A stretch of 33,425 bases of DNA from Myxococcota bacterium (GTDB taxonomy: Bacteria > Myxococcota_A > UBA796 > SXON01): positions 316,967-350,391 of the forward strand of contig JAZKFH010000002.1 in NCBI GenBank assembly GCA_040386535.1, written 5' to 3'. The notes beneath the pieces are model-generated. The model worked only from the letters and a program-made list of their open reading frames with translations. It had not been told where the DNA came from and did not search any database. A program made the translations under genes and the position numbers. Shown here piece after piece: positions 1 through 7,763 of the stretch (position 1 is its first letter; each line of letters opens with the position of its first letter).

Positions 1-1305
1 GACGAGCAGGACGAGCAGGACGAGGGGAGCGAGGAGAGCGAGGACTGGAGCGTCGTCGAGTGGGCGCTGACCACTTTCGACGCCACCGAACCCGCATCGG
101 TGGCCGTGCTCGAAGCAACCTTCCAGGCAGCGGGAACCGTACTTCTCGACCCTCGGCGAGCCGTTCCGCACGCACTCCTCCGGCGCCTTTGGGACGCGCA
201 GATGGAGCTGGCGGTCCCCCGCTTCATCAACACCCCGCCCCTTCCTCGTGTGTTGCGCTTCGAGGTGCCGGGCAGGCCGACGGAGGGGCTTTGGTACATC
301 GCCTGCCTCTCGTTGAGCGAGCGTCTCGCGGCAAGCGGGCACGCCCTTCTCACTTCTGCCCTCTCCCCGTGGGCGAGCGACACCGCCCCACCCATGCTCG
401 ACGAGGCGCTCGCTCGGCTTGTACAAGCCGCGCTCCCCTACCCGGGAGACCACGACGCACCTGTCGGGCTCTTTGACTTCTCGGTCGACGCGCTCCTGCT
501 CGCGGGGCGGCTCATCCGTCGCTTCGGAGTGTCGGGGCGCCGGGCTGGCCCCTTGGGTTGGCTTGTCGCCCTGTTCGACTTGATCACGCAAATCAAGCAC
601 GGAACCACCGCAACGTGGCACGGCCGCCTGTCCTGCGACGCGGACCTACAAGTGATCCTCGACCTTAGTGAGCGCGAGGGGCTACCGGCCGAAATCGTCC
701 TGGACGCCCTCTGGCGGCGCTCCGACCCCGGGGGGCATCCCGTCCTGCCCCCCGCCATCGAGAAGCTCTCTGAGCCCCTCGCGGAGCGCGCCTGGCGGCA
801 CCTCCCACCCGATGTGCTCCTGTCAGCGTACGCCAACTCCCTTCACTTCGGCACCAACATCGAGTGGGCCTGGCTCAGCCCCGCGGCGTGGGACGCAGTC
901 GTCGATTGGTGGCGCAAGCACCCCCACGAGACACTGCATGGCCTCGAAGATCTCCCCGAGGAGCACGCGCGGACGCTGATCGCGCGGCGGCACGGCGGGT
1001 TCGACGGCCCGGCGACATGGCGGGCGTTCTGGCTACGCTTTCCCGACCTGTGCCGGGAGTCCGCCTTCATCGAGCTCTCCTCGCCCCCGTGGGAGCCCCT
1101 GCGGGATGGCGTGGCGTGTTCGGTACCGGAGGCGGAGGTCGCGCCGCTGGTGGCGCAGCTCCAGGCGAGCGTGGCGAAACTTCGCGACAACGAGACCGTG
1201 CGACTGAACGTCCTTCGTTGGGCCCACCTCCAGACCTCGGCTCGCGGCGCCGGGTGGCGGGCGGCGTTCGGGCTGATGGGGGCGCTCACCTGCGCCGTCC
1301 CATAG
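1..1305 (+). CDS. Hypothetical protein, 5'-truncated by the window edge
   Basis: Frame 1 is open from base 1 (DEQDEQDEGSEESEDWSVVEW...) into the 100..1305 ORF; Leu/Trp-rich helical composition; no motif recognised. Confidence 0.7.
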   Translation, partial: DEQDEQDEGSEESEDWSVVEWALTTFDATEPASVAVLEATFQAAGTVLLDPRRAVPHALLRRLWDAQMELAVPRFINTPPLPRVLRFEVPGRPTEGLWYIACLSLSERLAASGHALLTSALSPWASDTAPPMLDEALARLVQAALPYPGDHDAPVGLFDFSVDALLLAGRLIRRFGVSGRRAGPLGWLVALFDLITQIKHGTTATWHGRLSCDADLQVILDLSEREGLPAEIVLDALWRRSDPGGHPVLPPAIEKLSEPLAERAWRHLPPDVLLSAYANSLHFGTNIEWAWLSPAAWDAVVDWWRKHPHETLHGLEDLPEEHARTLIARRHGGFDGPATWRAFWLRFPDLCRESAFIELSSPPWEPLRDGVACSVPEAEVAPLVAQLQASVAKLRDNETVRLNVLRWAHLQTSARGAGWRAAFGLMGALTCAVP

Positions 1306-1375
1306 ATCATGTAGCTGGCCAGAATTAGACTGCGGCTTCGGGTAAGCTCCTGATTCGTCCACTGCGGAGCAAGGG

Positions 1376-2221
1376 ATGCCTCAATACGTCGTCTACCCCG
1401 ACGGCACCATCGGATGGTCGGGGCCCGCGCCCACGGCGCTCTCCTCCGCGGCCCGTAAGCGCGTTCATCGGTCCGCAGCGCAGGCAGGCCCGCCCAAGCC
1501 GTGCCCAGCCGGCTGCGGCGTGAAGGTGAAGAACGCAAAGATGGAGAGGCACCTCGCCAAGCGCTGTCCCAAGCGACCCTCGGCGGCTCCCGCCGGCTCC
1601 GGTGGGACGAAACCCGTCGCACGAGCCGCCCCTGTGGTCGAGGCTGCGCCTCACGCGCCGCCACCCACTACCCCGATCCCGAAGGCTCAACCGAGCATGG
1701 CGCAGGGGAGCACCGGCACGCCGAAGTCGGCCCCCTCGATCGCGAGTGCAGCCACGTCGGTAGCGAAGCCCTTGCTGAAGCCACAGCCAATGCCGAAGCT
1801 ACAGCCGGCGCCGAAGCCACAACCGGCGCCCGAACCGCGGGCCGCCACGGGGCGCCCCGGCCCCAAGACCGAACCGCCCACTCCCGACCCCAAAGGCCTC
1901 GTCCCCTGCCGCGAGTGTCGCTCCGTGGTCCGTCGGGACCGGCTCGCAACCCACCTTCGCCGCGTTCACGGACAACGAGAGCAAACGGTGATCCGGCGCC
2001 CCGCATCAGCGGGAACCCCCGCAGGCGACCGAGCGGCAATGCGAAGGGTTCGCGAGGCGTCTGCGTCGCGCACAAACCCCGCCGAAGGTCGATGGGAGGG
2101 CGGAGGCGCGGAACGGCGGGGGCCCGACGGTTCTAACGGGACCGGTTTCTTCGCCCGCGAAGACGGGCGGTTTGGCTCGTACCCGTCGTTCGACGCGATG
2201 GACGATGAGTCTGGAGCCTAG
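1376..2221 (+). CDS. Hypothetical protein with two C2H2/C2HC-like zinc-finger motifs and a Pro/Ala/Lys linker
   Basis: CPAGC-x11-HLAKRC and CREC-x11-HLRRVH; acidic C-terminal REDGRFGSYPSFDAMDDES; convergent with the 2230 gene. Confidence 0.7.
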   Translation: MPQYVVYPDGTIGWSGPAPTALSSAARKRVHRSAAQAGPPKPCPAGCGVKVKNAKMERHLAKRCPKRPSAAPAGSGGTKPVARAAPVVEAAPHAPPPTTPIPKAQPSMAQGSTGTPKSAPSIASAATSVAKPLLKPQPMPKLQPAPKPQPAPEPRAATGRPGPKTEPPTPDPKGLVPCRECRSVVRRDRLATHLRRVHGQREQTVIRRPASAGTPAGDRAAMRRVREASASRTNPAEGRWEGGGAERRGPDGSNGTGFFAREDGRFGSYPSFDAMDDESGA

Positions 2222-2229
2222 GGCCCGCG

Positions 2230-4980
2230 CTAAGCGAACGCCCCCCGCACAATCCCCAGCAACACCCCCCGATTCCTCGCCACGAACCCCTCGACATACC
2301 CGACCTCCACCCCCACCGGCGGCCGCGCCCTAAGCGCCGCCACCGCCACCGCCAGCAACCGCTCCGGGTCCATCCCCGAGCGCACCCGCGACCGTAGCCG
2401 CGTCCGCCGCCGGTCGATCGCGTCCCGAAGCCGCGTCGTGTGGTGCCCCTCCCGCTGCCCCCGCGGCGGCGTCACGTAGGCGCTCGCGAGCACGCCCTCC
2501 AGCTCGTCGAGCTCCGCCACCCCGGCCGCCTCGACCATCCCCTCCGACAGCGCGGCGACGTGCTGCTTCGCCGCGAGGATGCGCGCCCCGCTGATCCGCC
2601 GCCGGTGGAGTTCGTCCCAGGCGTCCAGCCACTCCCGCAGGTTCGACCAGAGGAGTCGCGTGCCCTCCGTGCGCGTCGGGCCGGCGCCGCGCTCCATCTC
2701 CACGATGCGCGCGCGCTGGTCCTTCACCGTGGCTCGCGCCTTCTCGAGGTCCCGCTCGAGCCGCGCCACCCGCCTCCCCTCCTCGCTCTCCCGCTCCCCG
2801 ATCTTCAGGAGTTTCGCCACGAGCACGCTAATCGCGGGCAACAGGTGCGCCGTCGCCGCCCCGAGGTCCTCGCGGCGGGCGATGAACTCCTCGTCGTGCC
2901 CATCCCCCATTTTCCCGTCGAGGTGCGTGAGCTCGTGGACGGCGACCCCGTGGAGGAACGCCGCCAGCGCCAGCGGCCTCTCCCGGTGCGCCTTCACCAC
3001 CTGCGCCATCCGGTCGGGGTGGATGAACACAAACCGCCGCCCTCCGGGCCGCTCGACCGCCTCCGCGACCACGTTGTCGTCCAGCACGAAGCCCGGCCGG
3101 AACGAACGTCGGATGCGGGCCTCCGTCGCCACCATGCGGAGCGTGCCATCCCAAGCCAGCAGGAAAGGCACCCACTTCGCGTAGTTCTTCCGGAAGCGCC
3201 GAGCGCGGTCCCGGTCGTAGGTCTTCTTCGAGATTCGCATCCCCGCGAACTTCCCGAACGGGTTGCGGACGCGCCGGGCCTCGGCCTTGTCGAGCTGCCT
3301 CGCCCACGCAGGCGTGATCGAGTCCAGCGCGGTCGTCGCCCTCGAGACCGCGACCGCCTGGATGAGGCCTCCCCCGCCCGGAGCCAACGCCGCCTCGGCG
3401 GCGCGGTCGATCGCCGCCTCCACCGCCTGGGTCTGCCAGCCGTCGAGCTGCTCCCCCGCCTCCGCCCGGCGGAGCGCCTGCTCCACCTGGTCCGTGACGA
3501 TGACGACACGGACGCCGCCGGCCGCCTTGCCCTGCTCGTCGGCGTCGGTGAGCATTACGCGGAGCACGCGAGCCGCCAGCACGTCGGACGGCGCGGCGAT
3601 GTCGCCCTCGAGGGCGGCGGCACCGCCTGCGGCCACGGCCATCCCCGCGGGGAGCACCCACCCGCGATCCGGCGCGTCCCCGTCCGCGACGGCCTTCGTG
3701 CCCCGCGGCGCCGCGGACGCGATCGCTTCCTCGATGCCGCCGTACTTCGCCTGCTCTCCGTAGAAGTCGCGGATCCCGCCCGCCGCCTCGGCGATGGCAC
3801 GCTGCACGTCGGCGTCCGCGAAGGCCTCGGCCATCTGGTCGGCGATCTCGGTGCCGCCTGCGTCGTCGTCCCCCTCCGGGTCGATCCACTCGTCCTCTTC
3901 GGACTTGCCGAGGGACTCGTTCTCCCGCTCCACTTCGTCGATGAGATCGGAGAAGGTCCACGCGGCCTGGTCCTGCAGCCCGTCGCGCGCGGCGTTCATC
4001 GGGTAGCCGCGTTGCCCGGGGCGCACGGTCGTGGCGAGGTCCACCACCACGTCGGCCTTCAGGCCGCCGCGCTGAGCGGGCGCCTTGACCTGGAACAAGC
4101 CACCCAGGCGCAGGTAGTAGGCGCCGCCTCGATCGCCGGGAGCCCGACGGAAGGCCTTCACCGTTGCCGTCGTGCCCGCGCCCCAGGAGCCCTCGACCGC
4201 CACCTTGGACCCGCCGCGGCGGCTGAACATCGGCTTGACCTCGACGCCGTTGAACAGGAGCCGGATGCCCGGGAGATCGTTCGCGGCGAGGAGCTCCTTC
4301 AGGCGGTCCTCGATGCCGATGTAGGCGCCGCGCGCGCGGTCCCAGTACCGCACGAAGTCGGGGTCCACGTCCGAGACGGTGAGGAGGGTTCCCTGCCTCC
4401 AGGGCGCATCGTAGACCTGCACCTCCGCGTCGGCGCCGTCGGCCACGGCGAGGTTGTCGCGGGTGTGCATGCGCCACTTGAAGGAGCGGCTCACCCCCAG
4501 GATCACGGCCTTCGCCACGCCAAAGCCGCCCGCCGCCTCTCCCGAGCTCGCCGCGTCGCGTTTGCCGCTCTCGCCGATGGAGAGGAACTTGCCGATGATG
4601 GTGTCGGCGTCCATCGCGATGCCGTTGTCCTCGAACGTCAACGCGAACTGCTTCGGATCCCAGGACACGGCGAAGTAGCCGTCGTCGGCCTTGATCTGGC
4701 GGGCCCTCACCGCGGCCTTGATGGCGTCGACGGAGTTCTGCATCGCCTCGCGCGTGGCCAGCCACGGGAGGTCGCCGGACTTGTAGACCGCCTTGGTGAA
4801 GTAGCCCCAGAGGACCGAGACGTTCGCGGACGGACGGCCCGACGCCTTGGCGGTCATCGCCTCGCGGATCTCGGGTTGTCCCCCCAGCTCGCGCCGGAGG
4901 GCGAGTTGGTCGATCCGGAGGCGCCCCTCCGCCTTCTGGGAGCCGGGTGCCGGCATGGGCTGGGAACAGGGGCAGGTCAT
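2230..4980 (-). CDS. GHKL (HATPase_c/MORC/Hsp90-like) ATPase fused to a C-terminal HEXXH zinc-metallopeptidase-like domain
   Basis: REAMQNSVDA (N box), FEDNGIAMD (G1), SIGESGK and GGFGVAK (G2), GTLLTV; later VHELTH...GHDEEF. Start placed at ATG 4980, an ATGA overlap with the MTase stop. Confidence 0.85.
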   Translation of the reverse strand: MTCPCSQPMPAPGSQKAEGRLRIDQLALRRELGGQPEIREAMTAKASGRPSANVSVLWGYFTKAVYKSGDLPWLATREAMQNSVDAIKAAVRARQIKADDGYFAVSWDPKQFALTFEDNGIAMDADTIIGKFLSIGESGKRDAASSGEAAGGFGVAKAVILGVSRSFKWRMHTRDNLAVADGADAEVQVYDAPWRQGTLLTVSDVDPDFVRYWDRARGAYIGIEDRLKELLAANDLPGIRLLFNGVEVKPMFSRRGGSKVAVEGSWGAGTTATVKAFRRAPGDRGGAYYLRLGGLFQVKAPAQRGGLKADVVVDLATTVRPGQRGYPMNAARDGLQDQAAWTFSDLIDEVERENESLGKSEEDEWIDPEGDDDAGGTEIADQMAEAFADADVQRAIAEAAGGIRDFYGEQAKYGGIEEAIASAAPRGTKAVADGDAPDRGWVLPAGMAVAAGGAAALEGDIAAPSDVLAARVLRVMLTDADEQGKAAGGVRVVIVTDQVEQALRRAEAGEQLDGWQTQAVEAAIDRAAEAALAPGGGGLIQAVAVSRATTALDSITPAWARQLDKAEARRVRNPFGKFAGMRISKKTYDRDRARRFRKNYAKWVPFLLAWDGTLRMVATEARIRRSFRPGFVLDDNVVAEAVERPGGRRFVFIHPDRMAQVVKAHRERPLALAAFLHGVAVHELTHLDGKMGDGHDEEFIARREDLGAATAHLLPAISVLVAKLLKIGERESEEGRRVARLERDLEKARATVKDQRARIVEMERGAGPTRTEGTRLLWSNLREWLDAWDELHRRRISGARILAAKQHVAALSEGMVEAAGVAELDELEGVLASAYVTPPRGQREGHHTTRLRDAIDRRRTRLRSRVRSGMDPERLLAVAVAALRARPPVGVEVGYVEGFVARNRGVLLGIVRGAFA

Positions 4981-6116
4981 CGGGCGACTCCAAGGGCGGC
5001 GGGGACGGTGAGACGGTTCCGACGGAGAGCCCCGGCAAGCGCGGTGGCGTCCACGTTGGCGGCACGGAGGGCAGTCCACGCGCGGTGCGCGCCCGCGACG
5101 ACGCGACCGGCGGCCTCGGCCATCGCGGGCGGCACGGCGTTGCCGACCTGGACGTAGCGGTCGTGGACGGTGCCCTGGAGCGGCCAGTCGTCCGGGAAGC
5201 CCTGGAGCCGAAGGCCCTCGCCCACGTCAATTCGTCGGATGCCGGCGACGAGGAAGGCGGCGTCGCTCGCGCGATCGGGGCCGCCGTTGAACGTCCACCC
5301 GGCCGCGCCGTTTGCGCGCGTGCCCTTCTCGTCCGTGGTCATGACCGTGGGTGCGGGCGCGTCGAGCCGCCACGGCTGGGAGCAGGCGCGGCCGTGCTCC
5401 TCGTCGCAGGGGTAGCAGGCGCGACGGTCGCAGGAAGCGCGGTTGAGGGTATCGCCGATGGCCTCGCCCATCGTTACCCAGGGGCGCAGGCCGAGGCGCT
5501 CGGCGGCGTCGCGGTGCGCGTGCGACGGCGCGGGCCCGTCGGGGTCGAGCGGGAGCGGGCCGGCCCAGAGGAGCAGGCGCCGTCGGCGTTGGGGAACGCC
5601 GTAGTCGGCGGCGTCGAGGCGCCACACTCCGGTGAAGGCGAACCGCCGGGCGAGCTCGCCGGCGAGGCGGTCAAGGTGGCAGGCCGGGCAGGAATGCGCG
5701 GCGCCCCCACAGACCTCGGCGTGGTAGGTCCAGCCGAGGACGTTCTCGGCGAGGAGCCAGGTGGGGCGGCAGGCGTCGATGGCGGCGAGCGTCGCGGGCC
5801 AGCCGTCGCGGTCATCGACGGCGCCGAGGCGGGCACCGGCGGTGCTACCGGGCTGGCACGGGGGCGACGCCCAGAGGAGATCGACGCGGTCGCGGAAGGG
5901 GGCGTAGTCCACGGCGCGCACGTCGGCCTCGATGGCGGGAAGGCCGGCGGAGCGGAGGGTGGCGGCGGCCGATGGGTTGCGTTCGACGCAGGCGACGTGC
6001 GCGAACCGCGCGCGCTCGAGCCCCAAGGCCGCGCCGCCCGCGCCCGCGAACAGCTCGAGCACCCGCGCCGTCACGGGGGACGAGACGGGCAGGGCTGTTC
6101 GCGGGACGAGGGGCAT
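4977..6116 (-). CDS. C5-cytosine DNA methyltransferase
   Basis: Ordered motifs LELFAGAGG (I), SPPCQ (IV), ENV (VI), DYGVPQRRRR (VIII), RLQGFPDDW (IX), QVGNAVPP (X). Confidence 0.95.
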   Translation of the reverse strand: MPLVPRTALPVSSPVTARVLELFAGAGGAALGLERARFAHVACVERNPSAAATLRSAGLPAIEADVRAVDYAPFRDRVDLLWASPPCQPGSTAGARLGAVDDRDGWPATLAAIDACRPTWLLAENVLGWTYHAEVCGGAAHSCPACHLDRLAGELARRFAFTGVWRLDAADYGVPQRRRRLLLWAGPLPLDPDGPAPSHAHRDAAERLGLRPWVTMGEAIGDTLNRASCDRRACYPCDEEHGRACSQPWRLDAPAPTVMTTDEKGTRANGAAGWTFNGGPDRASDAAFLVAGIRRIDVGEGLRLQGFPDDWPLQGTVHDRYVQVGNAVPPAMAEAAGRVVAGAHRAWTALRAANVDATALAGALRRNRLTVPAALGVAR

Positions 6117-6131
6117 GGGGTCGAACGATGC

Positions 6132-6425
6132 TCAGGCGTGGACGGTGGGCGCGGGCCGCACGATCCGCCCGACCCCCGGCCCCTGGAAGTGCAGCGACCA
6201 GACGACCTCGATGAGGAAGTCCACCAGCGCCTCCTTCAACGGGTTCTCGATCCAGTCGGGCACCTTCGGAACGTCGACGCTGCGGAGCGCGTCGAGCATC
6301 GCCGCGCGGACCCAGCGCTTCCTGGCGACGCCGGTGCCCGGGCCGAAGAGGTCCTCGGCGATGCCCATGAGGCGCTGGAGGGAGGGCAAGAGCCACGAGG
6401 GGAGCTTGATGTTGGAGAGGTCCAT
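6132..6425 (-). CDS. Small hypothetical protein (97 aa), possibly holin-like or lysis accessory
   Basis: ATG 6425 (MDLSNIKLPSWLL...) after CAAGG; AEDLFGPGTGVARKRWV resembles the AE..G.G.G..K pattern of small phage holin-like proteins; follows the lysozyme-like gene. Confidence 0.6.
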   Translation of the reverse strand: MDLSNIKLPSWLLPSLQRLMGIAEDLFGPGTGVARKRWVRAAMLDALRSVDVPKVPDWIENPLKEALVDFLIEVVWSLHFQGPGVGRIVRPAPTVHA

Positions 6426-6463
6426 GTTGGTTGCCTTGGCTTGGGTGAGCGGTGAGAGTTGGA

Positions 6464-7429
6464 TCAGGCGGCCAGCGAGCCCGGGAGGGCGACCGGCGCG
6501 TCCCGGAGCGTGGGGTCGGTGAGGATGTCGCTCGACCGCTTCGTGATGAGGTCGTAGAGGCTCCACGGCTTCGCCGGGGGGCCGGTGACGGCGTGCCAGA
6601 CGCCGGTGACAGCGACCCTGCGCGAGCGGAAGGCCCCGACGCCGAGCTCGGACCACTCGGACGTGACCGGCGACCACCAGACGTTCCCGTCGGCGTTGTA
6701 GTTCCGACGCTCGGGCGCCGACGTGCGCCGGAACTTCGCAGCACACGTCCAGGCGTACTGCGCGACCACATCGAGGGGAGCGACGGGCCGGCGGCGCGCA
6801 TCCTCGGCGTACCAGGCGACGAGCCGCCGCGCGGGGCCGAGCGCACCGGAGGCTCCCTGGTGGACGGTGCGGTTGTAGTACAGGACCATCGCCCGCTCGG
6901 TCGAGACGCCGAGCAGCCGGGCGATCTCCACCGCGCCCGCCATGTACTCGGACTCCGCGGCGACGCGCGCCTGCACTCGCTGGAACGCGGGCCAGCGCCC
7001 AGCCGTGGCGAATCGGGTCGCCCACGGGTCGGCCCAGAGGACCACGCCATCGACCGCCTCGAGACTCGCGCGCGCGGTCACGTCGAGCAGCTTCGCCCAG
7101 CTCGCCCCAAAGAAGCGGGCGAACGCGACCGGGTCCGCGGCGGACATCGCGCGGAGCAGGCCGCCGAGCGAGCCGGACTTCTGCGTCCACTGGAGGATGC
7201 CGTAGCTGACGCCGTTGCCGTCGAGGTTGCGCTGCACGGACCAGAACTGGCCCTCGTGCTCGCTCGTCTTGCGGAGCAGCGTTGGGATCCAGTCGGTGAT
7301 GAAACTCTCCACACGTTCCTCCAGTTGCTTTGCGGTGCGTCGGCCCGACGGCGACGCCGCCGCGGCCAGCACGAGCAAGCCGATCGCCCCCGCGCTGAGC
7401 AGGAGCGGGGTGTTGTTGGCGCGGCTCAT
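6464..7429 (-). CDS. Putative lysozyme-fold peptidoglycan hydrolase with N-terminal signal/anchor
   Basis: Hydrophobic N-terminus LLLSAGAIGLLVLAAAAS; HEGQFWSV...DGNGVSYGILQWTQKSGSLGGLL resembles the E...D.G.S.G..QW core of lysozyme/chitosanase-like muramidases. Start ATG 7429. Confidence 0.65.
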   Translation of the reverse strand: MSRANNTPLLLSAGAIGLLVLAAAASPSGRRTAKQLEERVESFITDWIPTLLRKTSEHEGQFWSVQRNLDGNGVSYGILQWTQKSGSLGGLLRAMSAADPVAFARFFGASWAKLLDVTARASLEAVDGVVLWADPWATRFATAGRWPAFQRVQARVAAESEYMAGAVEIARLLGVSTERAMVLYYNRTVHQGASGALGPARRLVAWYAEDARRRPVAPLDVVAQYAWTCAAKFRRTSAPERRNYNADGNVWWSPVTSEWSELGVGAFRSRRVAVTGVWHAVTGPPAKPWSLYDLITKRSSDILTDPTLRDAPVALPGSLAA

Positions 7430-7480
7430 GGATTCACCGTCGGGCCGCGGTGATACGCTCGTCGCAACCCAGGTGTCTTC

Positions 7481-7759
7481 GTGTCCCACCCTCGCCTATT
7501 CTCCGCCATTGCCCTCACCGCCCTGGTCACCGGCACGGTCGTCGGGGGGCTCACCCTGTCGAGGCCCGTGCGCGCCGACACGCCGCCCACCGCGGTGTGC
7601 AGTTGGCAGTACCAGGGAGCGCGCCCCCCACAGACCAAGGAGGGCTTCGCGCAAGCGGACGCGGCCGTCGCCTCCTGGATGAGCGCCCAGCTCGCGGCCG
7701 GGAAGACCAATTTCGTACTGACACAGAGCGCACTCTTGCCAACCATGTGCGCTTGGTAG
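7481..7759 (+). CDS. Small secreted or membrane hypothetical protein
   Basis: Signal-peptide-like N-terminus (RLFSAIALTALVTGTVVGGLTLSRPVRA), two Cys; fills the gap and converges on the helicase stop at 7764. Confidence 0.55.
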   Translation: MSHPRLFSAIALTALVTGTVVGGLTLSRPVRADTPPTAVCSWQYQGARPPQTKEGFAQADAAVASWMSAQLAAGKTNFVLTQSALLPTMCAW

Positions 7760-7763
7760 GCGT

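Noticed and set aside
2440..5230. Long overlapping ORFs 2440..5157 (+) and 2828..5230 (-)
   Set aside because: Antisense or off-frame shadows of the motif-bearing GHKL gene, with Arg/Gly/Pro-rich composition typical of GC-rich DNA.
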